Assembly (NCBI GenBank): GCA_951406725.2
Contig: OX597814.1
Location: forward strand, 85,684,001 to 85,748,000
Reading direction: 5' to 3'
Length of the DNA: 64,000 nucleotides
From: Octopus vulgaris
Taxonomy: Eukaryota
Below are positions 13,518 to 25,754 of the stretch, in pieces. A program made the translations under genes and the position numbers. Each line of letters begins with the position of its first letter. Positions within the stretch are counted from its first letter, which is position 1. The notes below the pieces were generated by a model. The model was given only the letters and a program-made list of their open reading frames with translations. It was not told the DNA's origin and did no database searches.

Positions 13518-14640
13518 GAAATTTACAGGTGTATAAACAAGCAAGTGTATTAGTTTGACGCTTGGGAAGGTGAGAAAGTCTTTTACGTTATGCGCCTACG
13601 CTCTTCAACAAAAAGGAACACGAGGAAATAAACAGTGAAAGGATTTTTTAAATCTTGTGGATTTAGCAGCGAGTCATGGCGACAGGTTAGATACAGGTAG
13701 TTGAACAGGAGAGCTAAGAAGAAGGGAAAATAATAAAGTACTGGTGATCCCAAAACGAAGGTGCGCGTGCGTGTGCGTGTGTGGGAATGTGTAAGTGTGT
13801 GCGTCTGGTTAGGGGCTGGTGACTTTGACGTGTGGATGTGTGTGTGTAAGTGTGTGCGTCTGTAATGTGTAGGTGTGTGGATGATGGTGTGGTTGCTAGG
13901 AAGTGGTTAGTACTAGTGTGGGAAGTGGTCAGTTCTAGAGGAGTGGTGTGGAGTGGTTTGAAGTGGTGATTACGGAGAGGTATCAATGAAGGAAGAAGGT
14001 GGATAGGAGCGAATAGAGGAGGGGAGTCAGATGAAGAGGGGAGGGGAGTTGAGCCCATGTGACGCAAAGGAGCGAAGAGAGAAGATTAATTTCTATTCAC
14101 GGTGAAGTCGGGAATCCGGATGGCCCCTGTGCAAAGACGATCCGAACACAGGTGTTGTAATGAATGACAGGTAGAGCGAAAATGGCGCGAGACCGGGGTG
14201 TCATTGCCGAGGCTAATGTCTCGGAGGTGCTCCGCGAACCGGTCAGCCAAGCGGGATCCCGTTTGACCGATGTACAGAGAAGGGCAGAAGGAGCAGGAGA
14301 TGTAGTAAATGACGTGGCTAGAAGTGCAGATAAAGGAATCAGTGATATGATAGGGACGATGATCGGTGCCTGTGAGATGGTGGTGTTGGAGAGTTAGAGG
14401 CAAGCTCGGCAGCGTGGGCGATATATTCATATAGGCAAATCGAAAATTAAAAATAACAAAAAAACAAAGTCAGAAGACCACACAAATGGAATTATGAAGT
14501 TCACGCTGAGTATATAAGATGAGCAGAAAAAAGGACCGGGTGTATAACGTTTCAGGCATGGCTCTTCATCAAAGACAGGAGAGAGGAAAGATCCGGAGAG
14601 AAAAAATGCCCAAGAAAAGCACGTGAGTGGTCACATCTAT
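13515..14640 (-). mobile_element. Penelope-like element 3' fragment (Neptune-like GIY-YIG endonuclease) between two pLTR-type segments
   Basis: FICTSSHVIYYISCSFCPSLYIGQTGSRLADRFAEH...VSRHF, then frameshifted LHRE*KLIFSLRSFASHGLN; degenerate minimal HHR motifs at ~14545-14578 and ~13578-13616. Confidence 0.85.
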
Positions 14641-14899
14641 ATGTATATATATAAAAGTGTATTTTTTGTTCCTTAGTCCTACGTTTAGTAGTGGTAGTTA
14701 GCATCAGCAGTAGCTGCAGTAGTAGTAGTATTAGTAGTAGTAGTAGTAGTAGTAGTAGTGTTTATTGTGGTGGTGATGGTGGTGGTAATGGTGGTAGTAG
14801 TGATGCACGTAAGTGTGGTGGTGGTTGAGGTGGTAGCTCGAAATAGGAGAGAAAAAGATAAAGAAAACAACAGCAACAGCAACAACAATGCTTGTAACA

Positions 14900-15058
14900 A
14901 TGATACTATTAATAACTATGACTTTGTGACGATGTTAATGGTCCATAAGGTTGATTATAGTAGTGATGACGCCAATGATAACGAAGATGATGATCCTCAT
15001 CATCATAATCATGACGACTAGAACGATGACGACGACGACGACGACGATGACGACGAAC

Positions 15059-15104
<46 letters not shown>

Positions 15105-15280
15105 GTGATGCTGTTGATGATAATGGTGGCGAGGACGACGACGATGATGCTGCTGATGATGATGATGGTCATGATAATGGCGACAACGACGACAATGACG
15201 ATGATGATAATGATGATGGCGACGACGACGAGAACTACGATGAGGATTATGATGGTAACGAGGACGACGACGACGACGAC

Positions 15281-15322
<42 letters not shown>

Positions 15323-15351
15323 GATGATGACGATGATGACGACGATGGTGT

Positions 15352-15382
<31 letters not shown>

Positions 15383-15625
15383 AACGACAACGAGGATGAT
15401 GAGGGTGATGACGATGATGGTGTTGATGATGATGATGATTATGATTATAATGAGTATGATGATGATGATGATAATGACGTCGACGATGATGATGATGACG
15501 ATGATGGCGACGACGACAACGACAATGATGTTGATGATGAGTGGGACGATGATTATGATGATGACTGAAATGATGATGATGATCATGATGATAATGATGA
15601 TCACGATGACGATGACGATGATGAT
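14900..15625. repeat. Long degenerate (GAT/GAC)n trinucleotide tract
   Basis: Read directly; gives poly-D, poly-M, poly-H and poly-I translations. Confidence 0.9.
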
Positions 15626-15754
15626 ACAAGGTGCGTAAACATGGCGAAAATTAATTCACTGTGCATTCCACTGATTCACAAATTGGCTTGTAATTCAATA
15701 TTTTACCTACATCACATGTCTATGTATAGCGTACCGTTACTTGTGCGTGTGTAC

Positions 15755-15794
<40 letters not shown>

Positions 15795-16296
15795 TGTATA
15801 TGTGCGTGTATGTGTGCGTGTGTGCGTGTATGTGTGTGTGTGTGTGTATTTCTATGTTGATGAGCGTACGTATGTATATGTATGTATGTGCGTGTGCGGC
15901 AACTGTGTAGTATGTGAATGCAGAGTATGTACGTTATGTATGTAATGAAATTTATGTAATGTAATATATGTAATATGTGTATGGTGTGCAATGTATGTAT
16001 TTATGTATGTAACGCACGTAATGGAGATAATGTAGTGTGTGAGGCATCACTGTATGTATACATTTATGTATATGCATACATGTTTGTGTGAATGTGTGTG
16101 TATATACACGCGTGCGAGTAGGAGTGTATGCTTGTATCAACGTTGTATATATGTATATATATAAATATGAAAATATATAAATATATAGATAGATATATAT
16201 GTATGTATGCATGCATGTATATATGTATGTAAGCATATATCAATGTATATACAAATATACATACATATATATATATACATATATATATATATACAT

Positions 16297-16355
<59 letters not shown>

Positions 16356-17001
16356 CGTACACGCACATCTGTATATATGTATGTATGCCTATCCGTGTAG
16401 ATATGTATCAAGGCTTGTATATATTCATATATATAAAGTGAAAGTGCGTGGCTCAGTGGTAAGGGTATCAGCTCATGATCATAAGGACATGAGTTCGATT
16501 CCCGGGTGCACGTGGCGTCCTAGACCAAGAAACTTTATTTCACAATGCTGCAGTCCATTCAGCTAGCAAAATGAGTTGTACCTGTAATTGAAAGGGCCAG
16601 TCTTGTCATATTCAGTGTCACGTTGAATCTCCCTGAAAACTACGTTAAGAGTATGCGTGTCTGTGAATAACCACGTTAACGGTTCCTGTGTCTGTGGAGT
16701 GCTTAATCTTAATGTAAGGTAAGACTTGTGCGTATATATATATATATATATTCTTATTCTTTTTTTCTTTTATTCGTTTCAGCCATGCAGCTGCAGTCAC
16801 GCTGGAGCACCACCGTAGTTTTGCTGATTTCCTCTGGTTGGGATTTTTACATCACCACTCCTGTATTTGCCTTTGTCCCAGCTGTGTATGAGGGAGTTTG
16901 TTTCCAGTGCCCTCGTCTGTTCCTCATGTTAGGCCGTTGGTGCATCCGGTATTGTGGAGAGGAAACTGTCTAGTTCATTGTTTTTTTTCTTCTCTAGGCA
17001 C

Positions 17002-17062
<61 letters not shown>

Positions 17063-17176
17063 TGATTGATAGATCATTTTTAAGTAAGTGAAACCGATTA
17101 AGTTAATAAATACTTTTAAAAGACTCCTGCATTTTCAGATTCTTTTCCTTATTTAGGGCATACATACATACATACA

Positions 17177-17287
<111 letters not shown>

Positions 17288-17450
17288 TGTTATTTTAAAT
17301 CTCTGAGCGAGATATAAACAGTAGCAGTACTCCCCAACTAAAAGATAAATTTCGAAACATTGAGAATATAGAACATGTATTTATTCGTGAAACAGTACAT
17401 CATATTTATCTAAATTATGCACGACGAGAAGAAATTATGTGGTGTGTGTA

Positions 17451-17660
17451 AGGCGACAAGCTGGTAGAATCGTTAGAACGCCGGAGAAAATGCATAGCGA
17501 CATTTCGTCCGTTTTATGTTTTGAGTTCAAATTTTGCCGAGCCCGACTTTACGTTTCAGCCTTTCGACGGCGATAAAATACGTATCAGTTGAGCACTGGC
17601 GTCGGTGTAATTGACTTATCCCCTCCCCCAAAATTGCTGGCCTTGTGCCAAAATAAGAAT
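17451..17660 (+). mobile_element. SINE family A, diverged
   Basis: AGGCGACAAGCTGGTAGAATCGTTAG...GAGTTCAAATTTTGCCGAG. Confidence 0.7.
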
Positions 17661-17680
17661 CAATGTGTGTGTGTGTGTGT

Positions 17681-17725
<45 letters not shown>

Positions 17726-19190
17726 CGTGTGTGTGTGTAAGTTGGTAGCAGACAGGCCAAGGCAACATTCGGCAGCCTGTATAAAAGAGTATGAAGAAAA
17801 ATACCAAGAGCCATCTTGCTAACCACCCTCATATACGGCTCAGAGTCGAGGGTCATCTATCTATACCACCTATAACTCCTTGAGCGATTTCATTTGCGCT
17901 GCCTTCGCATCATTCCTAGCATCCAGTTGAGTTACTTTGTCGCTAACGTTGAGGTCCAAGAGCAGGAGGCGTTCACCAGCACTGAAGCAACTTGACCGAA
18001 GATAGCTACGTTGGTTAGGACACATCAAGTTCGAGAATCATAGATTTCCCAAGATCACGCTGCATGTGGAACTCTCCTCTTGTCAGCGTGATAGAGCAGC
18101 ACCAAAATAAAGGTACAATGCCTCCTTAAAGAAACCCCTCGGTATAATGTCTCATTGATCACAACTAGCAGTCTGTTCTTGTCGGAGACCGTGATGCCTG
18201 GCGTTTCACAGTCCACCGGACAACAGAATTCTTTGAATACAACCGCAGCCCGTCTTTGCAGACAAGAGAAAAGCGAGGAAAAAAACAATTATACTACTAC
18301 AAGTTTTCATTAATCACCTTCCAATTCTTGTTCGTCCTAAATCGAACTCTCTGGCATCAGCAACGATTTAACATCCCACTCTGTAAACCTTCGCTCGCAA
18401 AGCCAAACCAAGCCAAGCCAACAAGAAGATACATGTAGCTATGACTGTCATCAACATGCTCTTATGTAACAAGAAACTGTAATACATCACCTTATGCTTC
18501 TGCACCGTGGGATGCACCGTAATTTGTTACACAGTTTCTCACCCGCAAGGGAGTGATCCAGGACCTGTAGAAACGATCATTGTGACAAATAAAGTTACCA
18601 GTGTACTCTGACTTCCGTATCCATTGTTTCTGTTATACTCAGCATACACTGAGGAATCCCTAATGTAGATCCAGCGACGATTCTGCAATAAGCGTGGATG
18701 ACGCCAGGTAACCATAAGCAGTGAACGTGGTTTATCGGCATACTATTAGGTACATACCCAGCACGTATGCTTTTCTGACTGACTGTCTGTCTGTCAATCC
18801 CTCTCTCCCTCTCTCCTTTTCTCTCCCTCTCTCCTTTTCTCTCTCTCTCCACACAAACAGACTTCTATACAAGTAAAGATAATGCATATGTGCTCATATA
18901 CATGTGCTTAAATACATTTATGAAGTCCTTCTGTATGAACTGTTATAAGTATTATCTTAGTATACGCTTCCCTCCGACTGTATATATATTTCAATATCTC
19001 TCTATGTGTCTGTGTATATCTATGTATATATGAATATATACACATATATATATATATGTGTGCGAGTGTGTATGTGTGTGTGTGCATGTGTGTGTATGTG
19101 TGTGTGCGCGCGTGTGTGTTTGTGTCTAATTCAATATCTATGTAATTGTGTCTAATCTGTTGCTGTGTTTTTAAATATTTATTACAGACA

Positions 19191-19223
<33 letters not shown>

Positions 19224-19413
19224 GCAAACACACACATACACGCACACAAGTGTACAATCACAGATACACACTTGCAACTGCAAACACACTCGCAACTGCC
19301 AACATATACAAACATACACACATAAATACATATACAAGTATATGTACGCATAAATATAAATACACGCAAACACATAAGCGTAAAAGGTTGTATAAGCAGA
19401 TATGTGTATATGC

Positions 19414-19474
<61 letters not shown>

Positions 19475-19844
19475 AATCCGTAAGTGAGTTTGTATTTGCG
19501 TATATTTGTGTCTTCATATATGTACTCAAATAGTTTCGAGGATCGATATTACAGCTCAAATTTAAGCGAACACAGTCACAAATACACAAACATATACATT
19601 ATTTAAGCAGACATCTATAAATATGAATATATGTCTCCAAGCACATATGTACGTATGTATATATGCACGGATGTATGTGTTACTTTATTAAGAGCTCATT
19701 AATGTAATTATAACTTGAACTTGAAAGCAGTGGGTCCGACGACAGTCACATTACAAAAGTCTTATACAAAGGAGTTCTTTCTTACATCTATGAGTGTGTG
19801 TTGTGTGTGTTCTATGTATACGCACGCATCTTTTACTTTTTATC

Positions 19845-20290
19845 TTCTATTTGTTTTAGTCACTCGACTGCGGCCATGCTGGAGAACAACATTGAAGAGT
19901 TTATTTTAGTCGGTCGAATCAAGCCCAGTACTTTTTTTTTTTTTAAGCCAGGATTCTTACTCTATCTATTACTTTTGCCGAACCGCTATGTTACGGTCAT
20001 ATAAACACACCAAAACCGGTTATCAAGAGGTCGTAGGCGACAGATACACAGACACACATACACACACAAACGCATGCATGCACACACACACACATTCACA
20101 CACACGCCTACATACATACATATATATATACATACGACGGGCTTCTTTCAGTTTCCGTCTACCAAATCCACTCACATGCCTCAGGTCGGTCCGAGTCTAT
20201 AGTAGAAAGCACTTGCCAAAAGTAGCCCGCCGTGTGGCTGAACCCGGAACCTTGTGGTTAGGAAGTAAGCTTCTTACAATACAGTCACAT
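19845..20290 (-). mobile_element. SINE family B
   Basis: Family B head and tail motifs with internal CA/TA tract. Confidence 0.75.
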
Positions 20291-20598
20291 GTGTGTATGT
20301 GTGTGTGTGTGTATTAGTATATCGTTCAAAATGTTTCCTTTATAATGCATTATAATTAGAGTGGAATCATATTTTATTTTGGGTCTGATATAAATCAGAA
20401 AATAATGATAGTAATGCTAAGACGGGATCTCGAGATTTTGGAAGCTTGCATCAAACTCTTCTGCTTTTTGAATACTGGAGAAGGCAAAATTGAAAGTATG
20501 TATGTATGTATGTATGTATGTATGTATGTATGTATGTATGTATGTATGTATGTATGTATGTATGTATGTATGTACTTATGTATGTATATATGTACGTG

Positions 20599-20982
20599 TG
20601 GAGGCGCAATGGCCCAGTGGTTAGGGCAGCGGACTCGCGGTCATAGGATCGCGGTTTCGATTCCCAGACCGGGCGTTGTGAGTGTTTATTGAGCGAAAAC
20701 ACCTAAAGCTCCACGAGGCTCCGGCAGGGGATGGTGGTGATCCCTGCTGTACTCTTTCACCACAACTTTCTCTCACTCTTACTTCCTGTTTCTGTTGTAC
20801 CTGTATTTCAAAGGGCCGGCCTTGTCACTCTCTGTGTCACGCTGAATATCCCCGAGAACTACGTTAAGGGTACACGTGTCTATGGAGTGCTCAGCCACTT
20901 ACACGTTAATTTCACGAGCAGGCTGTTCCGTTGATTCGGATCAACCGGAACCCTCGTCGTCGTAACCGACGGAGTGCTTCCA
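20599..20982 (+). mobile_element. SINE family C (tRNA-like head, CORE-like centre); related copies ~16437-16705(+), 43007-43329(-), 50361-50678(+), 51130-51325(-), 55185-55370(-), 59434-59740(+)
   Basis: GGCGCAATGGCCCAGTGGTTAGGGCAGCGGACTCGCGG...GGTTTCGATTCC head; tail GAACCCTCGTCGTCGTAACCGACGGAGTGC. Confidence 0.8.
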
Positions 20983-21070
20983 TCCATATATGTACGTATG
21001 TATGTATGTATATATGAATGTATGTATGTACGTATGTATAAATGTGAATATCTATCTATCTATCTATACA

Positions 21071-21131
<61 letters not shown>

Positions 21132-21144
21132 GTTTATTCTTTTA

Positions 21145-21535
21145 TTTACTTTAGTCATTTGACTGCGGCCATGCTGGAGCACCGCCTTTAATTGAACGAA
21201 TCGACCCCAGGACTTATTCTTTCTAAGTTTAGTACTTAAACTATCGATACCTTGTGCTGAACTGCTATGTTACGGGGACATAAACACACTAACATAAGTG
21301 GTAAATCGATGGTGGGGGGGGGGCAAACTCAGAGCCACAAGCATATATATATATACGACGAGCTTCTTTCAGTTTCCGTCTACCAAATTCATCACAAGGC
21401 TTTGGTCAGCTCGAGCTGACCAAAGCCTTGTGATGAATTTGGTATAGTAGAAGACACTTGCCCAAGATGCCCCGCAGTGGGATTTAATCCGGAGCCATGT
21501 GGCTAATAAACAAGCAACTTACCACCCAGCCACCC
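21145..21535 (-). mobile_element. SINE family B containing a 64-bp perfect palindrome
   Basis: Family B motifs; fold-back duplication at 21381-21444. Confidence 0.8.
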
Positions 21536-21727
21536 TTGTATATAAAACGTGATCCATAACACTATTGGAGGTTATTATACATTACTGGTCACAATGCACT
21601 TGGCATCGTTTTAACTTTCGAATGATGCCACTCCGCTGATTAGGTGAGTCGGCCAACATTCATCCTGATCGGAAGGCAAGTCTATTGCGGGGTTACTCAA
21701 CTACAGGTGGATGGACTGGAATATATG

Positions 21728-21770
<43 letters not shown>

Positions 21771-21906
21771 TCAAATTCAAAATGGCTGACGACTAGCATC
21801 ACGCTTGAAACTCAGGGCACCAAGTAGTTTCAATCACAGTTTTGATCCCGACATGTGACTCCCAAATATGTGTTGAGTGCCCTTCTTTCGTTTGTCGACT
21901 CACTCG

Positions 21907-22008
<102 letters not shown>

Positions 22009-22288
22009 TGTCTGTGAGTGTGTGTGTCTGTGTTTGTCCACCCAACATCGCTTGGCATCCGACGCTGGTGTGTTTACGTCACCGTAATTTAGCGGTTCGA
22101 CAAAAAGAGACCGATGATATAAGCACTAGGCTTACAAAGAATAAGTCCTGGAGTTGATATATAATATATATCGCGTCTCATGTTTGATCTTTGATCTCTG
22201 CCCGAAATCAGATCGCCATGTTGATTCGTTAGTTACTGCACGCATTTTTTTTCTCTCCTTCTTTCTGTGTTTTTTTTCTCTCTGTGTA

Positions 22289-22326
22289 TCTTTCTGTTGA
22301 AGAGCGTAGGCTCGAAACGTTAAAGA
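22289..22326 (+). ncRNA. Minimal type I hammerhead-like motif in PLE pLTR tail (22170-22426)
   Basis: TCTTT-CTGTTGA-A-GAGC(GTAG)GCTC-GAAAC-GTT-AAAGA; stems I and II pair; palindromic AACGTT stem III; A6>U core deviation. Confidence 0.65.
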
Positions 22327-22424
22327 CTTGTTTTATTTATATTTCCTGAGCGCCATACTAATACAATTGTTTGTTTGTTTCCCACCTGCCTTCGTCTTTT
22401 GTCTATTTTCATAAAGCTTCCCGT

Positions 22425-22456
<32 letters not shown>

Positions 22457-22682
22457 TTAATCAATATAGGGTGGCAAAAAAAATTTTGTAGAATTTTTTT
22501 GCCACCAGCGGCCTAGTGGGAAAAAATTAAATAGTCATAGACTATTTTTAAGTTCAACATCAACAATCAAGGAACGGCCATAATAGGCCATTCACCCACT
22601 AGAAATAACAGCCAAAGCTTCAACCGCAAATAAAAATTAATTCCGTAAACCAGGAGAAAATTTAAAAAACATTTAACCTGTA

Positions 22683-22789
22683 ATTTCTTATACGATGCAC
22701 CGTTTCATCTGCTGATTAATGGTAAACTAACCTGATTAAATTAAATCAAGCCAATCTTCCATAGGCCCTCAGATTCTTCAGTAAGAAAT
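22683..22789 (-). ncRNA. Type I hammerhead ribozyme, copy 1
   Basis: Reverse complement of 23267-23373. Confidence 0.88.
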
Positions 22790-23266
22790 AGCCCAAGTCG
22801 GAACAGATATTTTCACGAGGCATTTCCGACCTTGCCAAGGTTATATCTGACCTAAAATTTTCAAATCGTCGCACTCGCGCCAAATTTATCGGCAGCAAAT
22901 AAATATAAGCCGTCGATTCCATTACGGAATTAACCAGAAAATTCATAATTAATCAATATAGGGTGGCAAAAAAAATTTTGTAGAATTTTTTTGCCACTAG
23001 CGGCCTAGTGGGAAAAAATTAAATAGTCATAGACTATTTTTAAGTTCAACATCAGCAATCAAGGAACGGCCATATATTGATTAATTATGCCACCCTATAT
23101 TGATTAATTATGAATTTTCTGGTTAATTCCGTAATGGAATCGACGGCTTATATTTATTTGCTGCCGATAAATTTGGCGCGAGTGCGACGATTTGAAAATT
23201 TTAGGTCAGATATAACCTTGGCAAGGTCGGAAATGCCTCGTGAAAATATCTGTTCCGACTTGGGCT

Positions 23267-23373
23267 ATTTCTTACTGAAGAATCTGAGGGCCTATGGAAG
23301 ATTGGCTTGATTTAATTTAATCAGGTTAGTTTACCATTAATCAGCAGATGAAACGGTGCATCGTATAAGAAAT
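23267..23373 (+). ncRNA. Type I hammerhead ribozyme, copy 2; predicted cleavage after GUA at 23365
   Basis: Stem I ATTTCTTA/TAAGAAAT, core CTGAAGA, stem II ATCTG/CAGAT with internal hairpin, GAAA, stem III ACGG(TGCA)TCGT, GTA site. Confidence 0.9.
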
Positions 23374-23756
23374 TACAGGGTAAATGTTTTTTAAATTTTC
23401 TCCTGGTTTACGGAATTAATTTTTATTTGCGGTTGAAGCTTTGGCTGTTATTTCTAGTGGGTGAATGGCCTATTATGGCCGTTCCTTGATTGTTGATGTT
23501 GAACTTAAAAATAGTCTATGACTATTTAATTTTTTCCCACTAGGCCGCTGGTGGCAAAAAATTCTACAAAATTTTTTTGCCACCCTATATTGATTAATTA
23601 TGAATTTTCTGGTTAATTCCGTAATGGAATCGACGGCTTATATTTATTTGCTGCCGATAAATTTGGCGCGAGTGCGACGATTTGAAAATTTTAGGTCAGA
23701 TATAACCTTGGCAAGGTCGGAAATGCCTCGTGAAAATATCTGTTCCGACTTGGGCT

Positions 23757-23863
23757 ATTTCTTACTGAAGAATCTGAGGGCCTATGGAAGATTGGCTTGA
23801 TTTAATTTAATCAGGTTAGTTTACCATTAATCAGCAGATGAAACGGTGCATCGTATAAGAAAT
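23757..23863 (+). ncRNA. Type I hammerhead ribozyme, copy 3; predicted cleavage after 23855
   Basis: Identical to copy 2, shifted by 490 bp. Confidence 0.9.
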
Positions 23864-23983
23864 TACAGGGTAAATGTTTTTTAAATTTTCTCCTGGTTTA
23901 CGGAATTAATTTTTATTTGCGGTTGAAGCTTTGGCTGTTATTTCTAGTGGGTGAATGGCCTATTATGGCCGTTCCTTGATTGT

Positions 23984-24033
<50 letters not shown>

Positions 24034-24198
24034 GTGTGAGTTAGCGGTTGGGAAACCAACCAACTAAGGGACCGTATCTATCCATTATACTGCTAGTAGT
24101 GTGCCCAATTATTCATACCCAACTGCTAGTTATTGTGTGGCAATCTCGCATTTGAGTGTTATATATGGGTGTGGGGTAAATAGTGGTTTACCCTTATT

Positions 24199-25693
24199 TT
24201 ATACGGCAAATAAAAAAATGGAGAGGATACAAAACTAACATACATCAGCCGGTAGGCATTCGAGTATGTTTATTTATTCCAAAGTATTAGAAAGTATTAG
24301 AAGAATACATACACATATGATAATTATGTGTTACACACACATGTACTAATATTACAGACAAGAGCAAAAGATGAGATTGACAGTAGGTTCTAGTTCCTTA
24401 CGGCTGTTTCCGCCAAGAGGCGACGAAATCTTCCATGCTATCTCCATCAATTCAGTGCTTTTCAGGGATGAGCAGATAAAGTTTGGATGATGGATGTGCC
24501 TCTAGAGGGTCTAAAGTGGTTGAGAGGGTTAATACATATAAGAAACAATTAACAGTAGGTACAGTGTGTTTGTCTTTTTGAAAGGGCAGAAAAAGAATAG
24601 GAGCAAATATGAGGATGTTAGTGAAGCACAACTTATTAAAATTATTTGGGTGCATGAAAGGGAATAAGCTACACACTTCCCGTGACATATTCCAAGATCC
24701 ATGATATTTCGTCCAATTGTGGATAGGTGAATATAGTCGTTCTCTGGAGTTTTTTCAGGAAGGGTGAATTTAGGCAGTATTTCGCATTATGTTTACATAG
24801 AAATTCACATTATGTTTACATAGAAATACGGTGTTTGATTTGAAGGTATGGTCCGTGTTACGGAGGTGAAAAGGTGCAACGTTGCGGATGGCGAGCTAGC
24901 AGAAACGTAAGCACGTCGGGCGAAATGCTTTGTGGTATTTCGTCCGCCGCTGCGTTCTGAGTTCAAATTCCACCGAGGTCGACTTTACCTTTCATCCTTT
25001 CGGGGTCGATAAATTGAGTACCAGTGACGCACTGGGGTCGATGTAATCGACTTAATCCGTTCGTCTGTCCTTGTTTGTCCTCTCTGTGTTTAGCCCCTTG
25101 TGGGTAGTAAAGAAACAGGTATGCCATAAGCAGCCTATGATGGTGAACCCATCATGGGAAAATTTGGTATATGAGTGTACTAATGAGAGTGGGACCAAAG
25201 TGCGGTGTTAGTGTTCGTTATTTTTTGCCGATCAACAAGGCTCGGAATCTCTGTGTCTAGTGGGGTGGGGGTCATGGTCAGTCCTACAACCTAATTGGTC
25301 AGTTATTTTTTTGAAAACCATGGCGTGATTACGGTTCGCTGATGGTTAACCGATAAAACAAAACAAATCAAATAAATAAAAAAGCCATGGCCATTATGGG
25401 CAAGTAAATGAGCAAAATACAATTAAAAACAAGTAAGTAAGTGCGATTACTAAAACAATAGGACTAAGGGAAGAGGATCCTAAAGGACAACATAAGAGAG
25501 ATAAAAGAGTAGTAATCACACTTACATGTTTACTTGTTTTTAATATTATTTTGCTCATTTACTTACTATAATGGCCATGGTTTATTCATTTATTTATTTC
25601 ATTTGTTTCTAATACTTTGGAAAAATTAGACATACTAGAATGTCTACCGGCTGATGTATGTCGTTTTTGTATCTCTCCATTTTCTTATTTGCC

Positions 25694-25697
<4 letters not shown>
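24199..25697. repeat. PLE-tail-like inverted repeats (24199-~24295 vs ~25607-25697; inner pair 25361-25450 vs 25512-25608)
   Basis: TATACGGCAAATAA...CATACATCAGCCGGTAG matches the reverse complement; degenerate HHR on minus at ~24395-24468. Confidence 0.7.
24886..25120 (+). mobile_element. SINE family A
   Basis: Full family A consensus motifs. Confidence 0.85.

Positions 25698-25754
<57 letters not shown>

Larger units (their letters stand above)
22454..23987. mobile_element. Retrozyme-like/PLE-derived array of a 490-bp unit: ~1.26 copies on minus (22454-23074) and ~1.84 copies on plus (23088-23987), inserted in (TA)n
   Basis: Period 490 on plus and 492 on minus; only a few substitutions and indels; each full unit carries a type I HHR. 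Confidence 0.9.

Noticed and set aside
14951-15568. 205-aa poly-Asp ORF (biomineral-protein-like)
   Set aside because: Several frames on both strands are open because of the (GAY)n tract; no signal peptide or splice context
17880-18740. Possible LINE remnants and an HHR-like GAAACGATC motif near 18570
   Set aside because: Too degenerate; no CUGANGA core or clear protein motif
20599-20670. tRNA gene
   Set aside because: tRNA-like head continues into a SINE body repeated elsewhere; no complete cloverleaf
23110-23310. 66-aa ORF present in three identical copies
   Set aside because: Identity reflects recent duplication of the 490-bp unit; it overlaps the ribozyme and has no recognisable domain; translation unsupported
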